The position numbers and the translations under genes are program-made. From Candidatus Altimarinota bacterium (lineage in GTDB: Bacteria > Patescibacteriota > Gracilibacteria > CAIRYL01): a stretch of 64,000 nucleotides of DNA. Positions 48,076 to 57,690 of the stretch are shown here, in pieces (the first letter of the stretch is position 1; each line of letters begins with the position of its first letter). A model generated the notes under the pieces. The model made no database searches and was not told the DNA's origin. It saw nothing but the letters and a program-made list of their open reading frames with translations. The stretch is from assembly GCA_965250085.1 (NCBI GenBank), contig OZ252287.1, forward strand, positions 800,001-864,000, read 5' to 3'.

Positions 48076-50022
48076 TTGGCTACTCAAATTTCTACAAAAA
48101 TTCGGCTCCTTTCTCACTCCGCGCTTGCAAAGCGGTTGCTTGCGTTTTTGCAGGAAAAAGAGATATTTCATCTGAGTGCTCAAAGTCAAACTCGTGAAAC
48201 CGCAATACATAAAGGAACTCACACTTGGGGAGAAATTGAGTCTGCACTTCGGTTTCTTGCTCCATATGAAGAAAAAAAAGGAGGCATTACTCGCATATTT
48301 GTAGGGAGCAAAGTACTTTCTTCTGAAAAAGAAATTCTTTCTTTGCAGAAAAAATTTCCACTCAAAAAGGTTTTGATGGAGATTCAAAAAGCAGAACATT
48401 CAAAAAACAAACAATCATCGCTTCTTCTGAAGCAAGAAGAACAGGGGATATTTTGGGATGAATGGAAAGACGTTTCTCTTTCTGCTGCTTTCAAAAGCAA
48501 AGAGTACTCTGTTATGTTTTGCAAATTCCAACGAATCGCTGAAGAATCATTGCACGATGGTCTTTCTTCACTTCCTCGGTTGAGTCACCTTGAAATATTG
48601 GGAACTACAAAACTTTCTGTTTTGGGAATGATTATTTTTCATCACGAAGAAAAAAAACTGCTCCATGAGTTTTTGAGTGCTCACGATGGAAGCGAAGTGC
48701 AATTGGAAACGAATGGATCTTCTCCTCAAAAAGTATTTGCTCGTATTCAAAAAGAAAAACTATCCGCTGAAAAAAGCTTAGCTCAAGTAGAACAATCTAT
48801 CATAAAACTATCAGAGCATACTGATGATCTCAAGCTTCTTTCTGATTATTATCTCTGGGAAAAACAAAAAGAGAATATGTTGCAAAATACTGGTGAAGTA
48901 GGAACATCTGTGCTGAGTTTGGAAGGATGGATTCCTCAAGATGCGATTGATGATTTCGAAAAAGAATTAAATAAAAAATTTCCTGAGACACACTTGGAAA
49001 AAATTGAGCCAGAAAAAGGCGAAGTGGCTCCAGTGGAACTGAAAAATAAAAGTGTCTTCAAGCCGTTCGAGATTATTACACGTTTATTTGGACTTCCATC
49101 TCCAACTGAACTGGATCCTACCCCATACCTCACTCCGTTTTTTATTATATTTTTTGCATTTTGTCTTACTGATGCCGGGTATGGCATTTTAATAACCATT
49201 ATGACTTTTCTTGTATTGAAATTTTTTAAAATGGAAAGTGGTACTCGAGAAATGTTTCGCCTTTTATTTGTAGGAGGAATAGCAACAATCGTTATGGGCG
49301 CTATTTTTGGTGGATGGTTCGGTATTCCTGTAGAAAACCTGCCTCCATTTTTACAAAAACTTCAAATATTTGACCCCATCGACGATTTGGTTTCCAAGGT
49401 AGGTCCTCTTGCTCTGGGACTTGGAGTGTTACAACTCTGGTTTGGAGTATTGCTCTCTGGCATTACGAAGGTAAAAAATGGACACATTTCTGAGGCATGG
49501 CAAACATCATTTCCCCTTGCTCTTCTGGTGCTTGCATCAATTGCATGGCCAGTGGTAGGTTCACTGGGCTTTGTGGAAGCGGCAAAAATATTAAAATATG
49601 TCTTTCTTGGTCTTCTTCTCTTTATGGTATGGGGATTTGGATATGGAACAAAAAACATTTTGGTGAGACCCATAATGGGGGTTTTTGGAATTTTGAATGA
49701 AGTAATGGGATGGCTTTCAAATGTGCTCTCTTATTCCAGGCTGTTTGCTCTGGGACTTGCCACAGGAATCATTGCTCAGGTATTTAATGAAGTTGCCTTT
49801 ACTATTGGTGGCATTCTTCCTGTCGGGCTCAATGTCATTATGATCGTGTTTATTATTTTGTTTGGACACACCCTCAATATAGGGCTCAATACTTTGGGAT
49901 CATTTATTCATTCTGGTCGTTTGCAGTTTGTGGAATTTTTTGGAAAATTTATGGAAGGAGGAGGAAGCCAGTTTCGCCCCTTCAAAAAAGAACGCCAATA
50001 TTTATTCTTAGAGTCCAGCTAA
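48076..50022 (+). CDS. ntpI: A/V-type ATPase subunit I (a)
   Basis: LEGWIP, ELDPTP, DAGYG, LSYSRLFALGLA, HSGRLQFVEFF. Confidence 0.95.
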   Translation: MATQISTKIRLLSHSALAKRLLAFLQEKEIFHLSAQSQTRETAIHKGTHTWGEIESALRFLAPYEEKKGGITRIFVGSKVLSSEKEILSLQKKFPLKKVLMEIQKAEHSKNKQSSLLLKQEEQGIFWDEWKDVSLSAAFKSKEYSVMFCKFQRIAEESLHDGLSSLPRLSHLEILGTTKLSVLGMIIFHHEEKKLLHEFLSAHDGSEVQLETNGSSPQKVFARIQKEKLSAEKSLAQVEQSIIKLSEHTDDLKLLSDYYLWEKQKENMLQNTGEVGTSVLSLEGWIPQDAIDDFEKELNKKFPETHLEKIEPEKGEVAPVELKNKSVFKPFEIITRLFGLPSPTELDPTPYLTPFFIIFFAFCLTDAGYGILITIMTFLVLKFFKMESGTREMFRLLFVGGIATIVMGAIFGGWFGIPVENLPPFLQKLQIFDPIDDLVSKVGPLALGLGVLQLWFGVLLSGITKVKNGHISEAWQTSFPLALLVLASIAWPVVGSLGFVEAAKILKYVFLGLLLFMVWGFGYGTKNILVRPIMGVFGILNEVMGWLSNVLSYSRLFALGLATGIIAQVFNEVAFTIGGILPVGLNVIMIVFIILFGHTLNIGLNTLGSFIHSGRLQFVEFFGKFMEGGGSQFRPFKKERQYLFLESS

Positions 50023-50127
50023 GAACTTTGAGTGCTGAACTCTGAATATTATTACTTTCCTGATATTTAGAATTTAGAACTTAAAAAACTCATAACTTCC
50101 TTTTTCTATTCTTTTATTTTACTTTCT

Positions 50128-50622
50128 ATGGAAGAAACTATGGTTAATTTCGGGCCAGCACTGGCCATTATGGGCGCTGCGCTTGCTGCTGCTCTTGGGG
50201 GCATCGGTTCATGTTTTGGAGTCGGAGCTGTAGGACAAGCAGCTTCTGGCGTCACTGCTGAAAAACCCGAAGCTTTCGGAAAACTCCTCGTCCTTGGAGC
50301 TCTCCCTGGGTCACAGGGAATTTATGGTCTTGTTGGTGCCTTCTTGGTGCTCAACTTTTTTCCCAATATTGCAGAAATGGATATTGCAACTGGATGGAAA
50401 GTATTTGGTGCATGTCTTCCATTGGCCCTCACTGCTCTCTTCTCTGGAATTTTTCAGGGAAAAGTTGCTGCTGCTGGGACAAATATTATTGCTAAAAATC
50501 CAGCAGAAGGAGGAAAGGCTATTATTCTTGCAGCCATCGTAGAAACATTTGCGATCTTGGGTCTTCTGGCAACTTTCTTGCTTCTTAACAATGTGCGAGA
50601 GGCTATCGAGGTTGCTGCTTAG
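50128..50622 (+). CDS. ntpK: A/V-type ATPase subunit K (c)
   Basis: Four TM; LPGSQGIYG, SGIFQG, VETFA. Confidence 0.95.
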   Translation: MEETMVNFGPALAIMGAALAAALGGIGSCFGVGAVGQAASGVTAEKPEAFGKLLVLGALPGSQGIYGLVGAFLVLNFFPNIAEMDIATGWKVFGACLPLALTALFSGIFQGKVAAAGTNIIAKNPAEGGKAIILAAIVETFAILGLLATFLLLNNVREAIEVAA

Positions 50623-50672
50623 TTTTTTGAAGACTTTCATTTTTTTTATTTCATATTTTTAAGCTCTTTTTC

Positions 50673-51233
50673 ATGGCTCTCACTGACATCCTGCAAAAAA
50701 TTATCGAAGATGCAGAAGCTTCTGTTCAGGAATCTCTGAAAGATGCAAAAGCAAAGACAAAAGAAATTTCCAAAAAACATGATGTTCTTACTGCAGAAAT
50801 TACTGCAGAAATGCAAGCAGAGACACTTCGAAAAAAAGCTTCTATGGAGCAAAAAATTGACGCTCATTTGAATATGGAGTCTAAATCTGAAGAAGCTTTG
50901 TTGAAAACAAAAATATTGAAAGAAGTACAAAAAAAGGCGTTGCAGGAGCTCGTGGCCCTCTCTCCAGAGGAGCATCAAAAGATCCTTACGCATCTTTTGA
51001 TGTCAGTTTCTGAGGCAGGAACGGTGCATCCGGCGAAAGGCCAACGCTCTACTTTAGAAAGGGCAATGCAAAGCTCAGGTGTGTCTTATTCACTTGGGGA
51101 AGAAGCAGATATTTCTGGTGGATTTCTTTTTGTGGGAGACACTGTTGACGTCGATGGAAGTTATGAAACTCTTCTCATGAAAGAAGTATTGCCCAAAATA
51201 GAAACTGAGCTTTCAAAAATTCTTTTTCATTAA
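50673..51233 (+). CDS. ntpE: A/V-type ATPase subunit E
   Basis: MALTDILQKI coiled coil, ISGGF, operon position. Confidence 0.85.
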   Translation: MALTDILQKIIEDAEASVQESLKDAKAKTKEISKKHDVLTAEITAEMQAETLRKKASMEQKIDAHLNMESKSEEALLKTKILKEVQKKALQELVALSPEEHQKILTHLLMSVSEAGTVHPAKGQRSTLERAMQSSGVSYSLGEEADISGGFLFVGDTVDVDGSYETLLMKEVLPKIETELSKILFH

Positions 51234-51238
51234 TCTAT

Positions 51239-52225
51239 TTGACTGCACATAATTACTTAGCGGCTATTGGCAGTGTTCGTGTCTTTGAAACAAAGCTCTT
51301 TTCGGAAGCGGAAAAAGAGAAGATGCTGGGCGCCTCTTCTTTTGGAGAAGCTTTTGGAATGCTCAATGATTTAGATTTTGCTCCTTTTTTAAATGAAGCG
51401 GAGAAAACAGAAGACTTTGAAAGTGTATTACAAAGTGGTCTCCACTCAGCAAAACAAGAGCTCCAGAGACTTGCTCCTCATTCAAAAGAAATGGATGTCT
51501 TATGGCTGCAATATGACTTACACAACGCAAAAGTTCTTCTCAAATCCGATTTCCTAAAAGAAAATATTGAAGATTTTGATGAACTCTTGCTTCCATATGG
51601 CTCACAAAGCCCCGCAAAGATGAAATCACTCCATAGGGGTGAGACTTCGGAGGAAAAAGATACTTGGATTCGAATGGCGTTCGCAAAAGCTCTGCAAATA
51701 TATAAATCGTCTCAAAGCCCTCTTGAAGCTGAGCATGTATTGGATGTTGCATTTTTTGAAGCAGCATCACGTATTGCTCAGAAACAAAAAAATCGTTTCG
51801 TACTTGATTTTGTAACATCATGTATTGATCGGCAGAATATTTTGATTGCATTCCGCTTTTTGTTACGAGATAAAAGCGCAGAAAGTGTTCCATTTCTTCC
51901 TGGAGGCACCATTTCTCAACATGCTTTGAGTGATGACATGGAGCATTTTGGCACCCATCTTCCATTTGTTTGGAAAGAAGCAGTGCTTGCAGGAAAGCAG
52001 GACTTTGAAAAGACAGGAAATCTAGCGATACTGGAAAACAAACTTTCAGAGGTCATCATGGATCTTTTGGGGGTTGCTAAAGTTGTTATTGATGGTCCAG
52101 AGCCGCTGATTGCATTTTTTTGGAAAAAGCATCACAACTCTCAAATCTTACGCACATTACTTGTTGGCAAACGAGCTGGTATATCTGAAGAAAATATTCG
52201 ACATATTTTGCCAAAAGTATATTAG
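51239..52225 (+). CDS. ntpC: A/V-type ATPase subunit C
   Basis: VRVFETKL, YDLHNAKVLLK, IDRQN, GPEPLIAF. Confidence 0.9.
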   Translation: MTAHNYLAAIGSVRVFETKLFSEAEKEKMLGASSFGEAFGMLNDLDFAPFLNEAEKTEDFESVLQSGLHSAKQELQRLAPHSKEMDVLWLQYDLHNAKVLLKSDFLKENIEDFDELLLPYGSQSPAKMKSLHRGETSEEKDTWIRMAFAKALQIYKSSQSPLEAEHVLDVAFFEAASRIAQKQKNRFVLDFVTSCIDRQNILIAFRFLLRDKSAESVPFLPGGTISQHALSDDMEHFGTHLPFVWKEAVLAGKQDFEKTGNLAILENKLSEVIMDLLGVAKVVIDGPEPLIAFFWKKHHNSQILRTLLVGKRAGISEENIRHILPKVY

Positions 52226-52229
52226 GAAA

Positions 52230-52372
52230 AAATGTCCAATTTCTAATAACTAATTTCTAATCAAGTATCAATGACTAATGACCAAATCAGAAAACATAAA
52301 TTCTTAAGCATTTTGACATTTGTCATTATTTAGAAATTAGAGCAATTAGGCATTAGAAATTCATAACTCACT
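52230..52372. repeat. 7-bp-periodic inverted-arm repeat
   Basis: AATTTCT/AATAACT/AATGACT units on the left and TTAGAAA/TTAGAGC/TTAGGCA units on the right. Confidence 0.6.
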
Positions 52373-52408
52373 TTTATTCATAACTGACAACCCCACTAAA
52401 TTATCACT

Positions 52409-52750
52409 ATGAAATACCGCATTGCTATTGTCGGCCAAAAAGAGGAAATTCTCGGATTCAAAGGTCTTGGGCTAGAAGTACATGATGCGGAAACTCAGCA
52501 GGAAGTGGAAGATATTCTTTTTGATCTCAAAAAAATAACGAATTCTGAAGGTGCTTCTCGTAAATACGCTATTATTTATGTTTTAGAATCATTTATTGAA
52601 AACATGGAAAAAGAAAAATATGAGCGTCTCTCTGAAGGAGCGCTTCCGGCTATTATTCCTATTCCTGGGCACATGGGGTCCAGTGGATTTGGAGAAACAA
52701 AAATTCGACGAATTGTAGAAAAAGCTATTGGATCAGATATATTTGCCTGA
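52409..52750 (+). CDS. ntpF: A/V-type ATPase subunit F
   Basis: IAIVG..ILGFKGLG, PAIIPIP, IVEKAIGSDI. Confidence 0.92.
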   Translation: MKYRIAIVGQKEEILGFKGLGLEVHDAETQQEVEDILFDLKKITNSEGASRKYAIIYVLESFIENMEKEKYERLSEGALPAIIPIPGHMGSSGFGETKIRRIVEKAIGSDIFA

Positions 52751-52754
52751 TGAG

Positions 52755-52856
52755 CTCTTAGCACTTGGCTATTAGCCTTTAGAAAAAATTTCATTCTTGT
52801 TTCAAACTTTACTTATAACATCGCTAATTGCTAAAGACTAATCGCTAACTGCTACT
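52755..52856. repeat. 7-bp-periodic inverted-arm repeat
   Basis: TTAG every 7 nt on the left and CTAA every 7 nt on the right. Confidence 0.6.
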
Positions 52857-52900
52857 ACCAAAATTACTTTCTCACTTTATAAACTTTCTAACTTCTTCAT

Positions 52901-54667
52901 ATGACAGAACAAACAGGAACCATCATTAAAGTCTCCGGACCACTTGTGGTCGCAAGCGGTATGACCGGAGCAAAGATGTACGAAGTCGTACGGGTTTCTG
53001 AAGAGAAGCTTATGGGCGAAATTATTGAACTTTCCGGAGATGAGGCATCTATTCAGGTATACGAAGATACTACTGGTATCGGACCTGGGGAAAGCGTGCA
53101 TAGGACAGGAGAGACGATGTCAGTAGAACTGGCTCCTGGACTTTTGGAAAGCATCTACGATGGTGTCCAGCGTCCTCTTGATGCTATTGAAGAAGCGTCT
53201 GGATCTGCATTTATTGCTCGCGGTATTGATGTGCCAGGAGTAAGTCGAAAAAAAACATGGGAGTTTATCCCCGTTGCTGAAAAGGGATCAAAAGTCCAAG
53301 CAGGTGATGTTTTGGGAACAGTGCAGGAAACCACTTTGATTGAGCACAAAATAATGGTTCCTCCAGGAATGTCTGGAACGCTCTCTGCTCTCGAGAGTGG
53401 AAAAAAGAAGGTAGAAGAAGTGGTTGCTGTTATTGAGGATGCTCATGGGAAAAAACACAATATCACTATGCTCCAAAAATGGCCTATTAGAGTCCCAAGG
53501 CCTGTGCGAGGGAAAAAAGTACCGACTATTCCTCTTGTAACTGGTGGCCGATCTATCGATACATTTTTCCCAATGGTAAAAGGTGGTGCTGGATGTATTC
53601 CGGGTCCATTTGGAGCTGGAAAGACAGTAACACAGCAAGCTCTTGCAAAATTTTGTGACGCCGAAGTCATTGTCTATATTGGATGTGGAGAGCGTGGAAA
53701 TGAAATGACAGAAGTACTGACCGAATTTCCTCATCTGGAAGATCCCAACACAGGAGAGCCTCTCATGAAGCGAACTATTTTGATTGCCAATACTTCCAAT
53801 ATGCCAGTTGCTGCTCGTGAGGCGAGTATTTATACTGGAATTACTATTGCTGAATACTATCGCGATATGGGCTACTCAGTAGCACTCATGGCCGATTCGA
53901 CCAGTCGCTGGGCTGAAGCGATGCGTGAAATGTCTGGACGTCTGGAGGAAATGCCAGGAGAAGAAGGATACCCTGCTTATCTTGGTTCGAGAACTGCTCA
54001 GTTTTATGAACGCGCAGGATACGTAGATTGCCTCGGGTCAGACAATCGTGAAGGTGCTCTCACTGTAGTAGGAGCTGTTTCTCCTCCTGGAGGAGACCTT
54101 TCAGAACCCGTAACCCAAAATACACTTCGCGTGACCAAAACTTTCTGGGGTCTGGATTCTGCACTTGCCTATAAGCGTCACTTCCCAGCTATCAACTGGC
54201 TCACATCATATTCTCTCTATGTAGATAATATTGAAGACTATTGGAGAAAAAACATAGCAGAAGACTATCCAGATGTTCGAAGGAAGGCCCTGGGGGTACT
54301 CCAAGAAGAGGCTAAGCTCGAAGAGATTGTAAAGCTTGTGGGAATGGAATCGCTCTCGAGTAAGGAAAAGCTTACTCTCTTGGTAGCAAAGTCACTCAGA
54401 GAAGACTTTCTTTTTCAAAACGCATTTGATCGTGAAGATGCCTATACTCCACCAAAAAAACAATATGGTATTCTCAAGTCTATTATGACACTCTCCGAAT
54501 CTGGTATGGAGGTGGTAGAACAAGAAGATTTTGATTTTAGAGATCTGCAGGCTCTTCCAGTGATTGAGAAGCTCGCCAGTGCAAAAGATATTTCTGCCGA
54601 TGAGCTTGAAAAACTTGATGCTCTGCAAAAAGAAGTAGAAACTTCTGTTTTGGGCCTCAGAAAATAA
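52901..54667 (+). CDS. ntpA: A/V-type ATPase catalytic subunit A
   Basis: [40 protein letters not shown]. Confidence 0.98.
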   Translation: MTEQTGTIIKVSGPLVVASGMTGAKMYEVVRVSEEKLMGEIIELSGDEASIQVYEDTTGIGPGESVHRTGETMSVELAPGLLESIYDGVQRPLDAIEEASGSAFIARGIDVPGVSRKKTWEFIPVAEKGSKVQAGDVLGTVQETTLIEHKIMVPPGMSGTLSALESGKKKVEEVVAVIEDAHGKKHNITMLQKWPIRVPRPVRGKKVPTIPLVTGGRSIDTFFPMVKGGAGCIPGPFGAGKTVTQQALAKFCDAEVIVYIGCGERGNEMTEVLTEFPHLEDPNTGEPLMKRTILIANTSNMPVAAREASIYTGITIAEYYRDMGYSVALMADSTSRWAEAMREMSGRLEEMPGEEGYPAYLGSRTAQFYERAGYVDCLGSDNREGALTVVGAVSPPGGDLSEPVTQNTLRVTKTFWGLDSALAYKRHFPAINWLTSYSLYVDNIEDYWRKNIAEDYPDVRRKALGVLQEEAKLEEIVKLVGMESLSSKEKLTLLVAKSLREDFLFQNAFDREDAYTPPKKQYGILKSIMTLSESGMEVVEQEDFDFRDLQALPVIEKLASAKDISADELEKLDALQKEVETSVLGLRK

Positions 54668-54703
54668 TTTTTTCATTTGTATTCATAATTTTTTTTCATA
54701 AAC

Positions 54704-56077
54704 ATGCAAAAACAGTATAAAACCGTTACCGATGTCGCCGGACCGCTCCTAATTGTAGAGCTTCCAAAAGACGCCAGTGTAAAGTACGAAGAGCTGGTAG
54801 AAATCTCTCTCCCGAATGAAAAACGGGTAAGATTGGGAAAGGTCCTTGAGTCATCAGAAGGACGTGCTGTCGTACAGGTATTTGAGTCGACATCTGGCAT
54901 TCCTGTAGAAGGAACCAAGGTGCAGTTTCTCGGAGAATCTCTCAAGATAGGAGTATCTGATCAGATGCTCGGCAGAGTATTTAGTGGAATTGGACGACCT
55001 ATCGATGGAGGAGGAGATATCATTGCTGAGCAAAAAGTAGACATCAATGGGTCATCTATTAATCCAGCATCTCGTGAATTTCCAAATGACTTTATTCAGA
55101 CCGGTATTTCTTCACTTGATGCCATGAACACACTGGTACGTGGACAGAAGCTTCCGATCTTTTCTGGAGCAGGATTGCCTCACAATCGTTTGGCTACGCA
55201 AATCGCACGTCAGGCAAAAGTGCGTGATGGAAGCTCATTTGCCGTAGTGTTTGCTGCCATGGGAGTGACTTTTGAAGAAGCGCAGTATTTTCAAAAAGAA
55301 TTTGAAAAAACTGGTGCACTTGAAAACGCAGTGCTCTTTATCAACACTGCTGCTGACCCGGTAGTAGAACGTATTGCAACTCCTCGTATAGCCCTTTCCA
55401 CAGCTGAATATCTTGCTTTTGAAAAAGGAATGCACGTACTCGTAATTCTCACAGATCTCACCAACTATGCTGAAGCACTTCGTGAGGTATCTGCGGCGCG
55501 TAAAGAAGTCCCCGGTCGACGTGGATATCCAGGATATCTCTATACCGACCTTTCTACTCTCTATGAACGAGCAGGGCGAATCAAAGGAAAAGACGGATCT
55601 GTGACACAAATCCCTATTCTTACCATGCCAGAAGATGACATTACTCATCCTATTCCGGATTTGACGGGATATATCACCGAGGGGCAATTTGTAATCGATC
55701 GAGGATTGGCGAAGTCAGGACTGTTACCTCCTGTTGATGTGCTCAAATCTCTTTCCCGCCTTTGGTCTGCCGGAGTAGGAGAAGGGAAGACTCGTGAGGA
55801 TCATTCTGGAGTCAAAGACCAACTCTTTGCCAGCTATGCTCGTGGAAAAGATGTAAGAGAGTTGGCCGTAGTATTGGGAGAATCTGCACTGGATGAAAGC
55901 GACAAGGCTCATATGAAGTTTGCTGAGCAGTACGAAGAAAAATTCATCAACCAAGGAGAATATGAAGAACGAACCATCGAGGAAACACTCGAACTCGGTT
56001 GGGAACTCCTCAAAATGATCCCCAAGGCAGATATGAAACGGGTGAAGCCAGATATGGTGAAGAAGTATATGAAGTAG
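54704..56077 (+). CDS. ntpB: A/V-type ATPase subunit B
   Basis: [45 protein letters not shown]. Confidence 0.98.
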   Translation: MQKQYKTVTDVAGPLLIVELPKDASVKYEELVEISLPNEKRVRLGKVLESSEGRAVVQVFESTSGIPVEGTKVQFLGESLKIGVSDQMLGRVFSGIGRPIDGGGDIIAEQKVDINGSSINPASREFPNDFIQTGISSLDAMNTLVRGQKLPIFSGAGLPHNRLATQIARQAKVRDGSSFAVVFAAMGVTFEEAQYFQKEFEKTGALENAVLFINTAADPVVERIATPRIALSTAEYLAFEKGMHVLVILTDLTNYAEALREVSAARKEVPGRRGYPGYLYTDLSTLYERAGRIKGKDGSVTQIPILTMPEDDITHPIPDLTGYITEGQFVIDRGLAKSGLLPPVDVLKSLSRLWSAGVGEGKTREDHSGVKDQLFASYARGKDVRELAVVLGESALDESDKAHMKFAEQYEEKFINQGEYEERTIEETLELGWELLKMIPKADMKRVKPDMVKKYMK

Positions 56078-56117
56078 TTCGGAGTCTAGAGCTTGGACCG
56101 AGGAATAAGTCAGAATT

Positions 56118-56146
56118 GTAGGGACGTGCCACAACACGTCCTTTTT
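56118..56146 (+). terminator. GTAG-type REP hairpin acting as terminator after ntpB
   Basis: GTAG-GGACGTG-CCACAA-CACGTCC-TTTTT. Confidence 0.6.
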
Positions 56147-56223
56147 AGGATTATATTTTTTATGAGAATTTACTTGACAATAAGATTTTTATAAGTTTAA
56201 ATAATCTCCTTTTTAAATATACC

Positions 56224-57084
56224 GTGAGCTGCGAAAATAGGGTATTTACTACAATGGCAAATGTAAATAAATTCATTGTAAAAGAGCTTGGATCACCTGA
56301 GAGATTTAATGGTCATGAAACGGAGCTAATCCATGAATACCAAACCATGTCTCAGAGCTCTGAGTATGAGCTTCTTCTTTCCTCTTCTCAAGAAGCTATA
56401 TCTCAAATGCGATCAGGGGAATGGAGTGAGGTTTCTCTCACAGAATTTGGAGTAACTCTGACCCAAGTATTGAGAACATACTATTACGAACGTCATACTC
56501 AGGAGCAAATGCGCACACTTCAAAAAGAATTTGCTGAGAGGGCTATTGCAGCAAATAAATACTTTTTTGTACTTTGGGAACAACTTGCTAACAAAAAAAG
56601 AGCTCAACGAGAAAAGATACATGCTCTTTCAAAAGAAACTCGTGAAAAACTGGATCAAAATCCATACCTTCTCATAACTCTCAAAGCGGTGGTGGAAGAC
56701 TTAAAAAGTGAAGGTTTTGAGCTTTTAAATCCAGAAATATTAGAAATACCAGTATCACAGGTGCTCACAAAAGGGGTCCATGTTGTTGCTGAAAACACCG
56801 AAGGTGAACAAAGAGAAGTGTGGCTCTATCTTCCTGGAGGAAAGATAAAAACAGCAGTACATGCAGCTCCAGATAAAGACTATGAAATATGTAAAACCCT
56901 CGCAAGAACTTTTGCTGAAAGAGTCGCCGAAATAATCGGAGAAGGAAGTAGAAGCTTGGGAACGCCTTTCACGGTGAGCATTGGACCTGGTAATCCTATA
57001 GGTAAGAGTTTTCAAAGAAATGAAAAGTCTGTTGCAGTGCCTCAAGTGCCCCCAGATCCTTCTCCGTCTTCTTCATCTGTATAA
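56224..57084 (+). CDS. Hypothetical protein: coiled coil plus small alpha/beta C-terminal domain
   Basis: 286 aa; first gene of a tightly spaced four-gene unit; no similarity to ATPase subunit D visible. Confidence 0.7.
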   Translation: MSCENRVFTTMANVNKFIVKELGSPERFNGHETELIHEYQTMSQSSEYELLLSSSQEAISQMRSGEWSEVSLTEFGVTLTQVLRTYYYERHTQEQMRTLQKEFAERAIAANKYFFVLWEQLANKKRAQREKIHALSKETREKLDQNPYLLITLKAVVEDLKSEGFELLNPEILEIPVSQVLTKGVHVVAENTEGEQREVWLYLPGGKIKTAVHAAPDKDYEICKTLARTFAERVAEIIGEGSRSLGTPFTVSIGPGNPIGKSFQRNEKSVAVPQVPPDPSPSSSSV

Positions 57085-57087
57085 ATC

Positions 57088-57690
57088 ATGAAAGAACAAT
57101 TTTTGAATGTAGCGGCATTTGAACCATGCACCAAAGTGCATGGTCCTGGAACAAGATTTGCTCTTTGGCTGCAGGGATGTCCTTTGAGATGTACTGGCTG
57201 CACAAATCCTGAAATGCTTGATGTGGACAAAGAAGCTCAGAGGGTATCACCTCGAGAAGTGAATGTACTCATCAGGAAAGCGATGGAATGTGTGCTTCCT
57301 ATGGAAGGAATTACTGTTATGGGAGGGGAGCCAACATCTCAAGCCGAGGCTCTCTTTCCTGTTTTAAAATATGCACAACAAGCAGGGTTGAACTCGCTTG
57401 TTTTTAGTGGATTTACACTAGGGCAATTGCGGAACAGGAGAGATCCAGCCATAGAAGATCTCTTGGGCCTCACGGACACTCTTATTGATGGTCCGTATAT
57501 TGCAGCTCTTCAAGATCCAGAGCTTATTCGTGGATCAACTAATCAGCAAATTATTCACCTTACAGATGCCTTAGAAAGAAGAGATTTTTCTCGGAGAAAT
57601 GGAGAACATTCTATCCAGATGGGGATAGGTGGTGTGAGTGTCAGTCAAAGCGGATTTTTTCCCGGCGATCTTTCTCCATCTGCCACATGA
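57088..57690 (+). CDS. Radical SAM protein, NrdG-like activase family
   Basis: GPGTR..WLQGCPLRCTGCTNP, GITVMGGEP, FSGF, DTLIDGPY, RGSTNQ. Confidence 0.9.
   Translation: MKEQFLNVAAFEPCTKVHGPGTRFALWLQGCPLRCTGCTNPEMLDVDKEAQRVSPREVNVLIRKAMECVLPMEGITVMGGEPTSQAEALFPVLKYAQQAGLNSLVFSGFTLGQLRNRRDPAIEDLLGLTDTLIDGPYIAALQDPELIRGSTNQQIIHLTDALERRDFSRRNGEHSIQMGIGGVSVSQSGFFPGDLSPSAT

Noticed and set aside
56224-57084. ATPase subunit D, based on its position after ntpB
   Set aside because: It lacks the PTRxEL/LLKxKR-type N-terminal and RRVNALE C-terminal motifs and is separated from ntpB by a terminator-like hairpin.
57088-57690. Assigning the symbol nrdG
   Set aside because: The family similarity is clear, but there is no nrdD in context and the gene is translationally coupled to an AAA ATPase instead.
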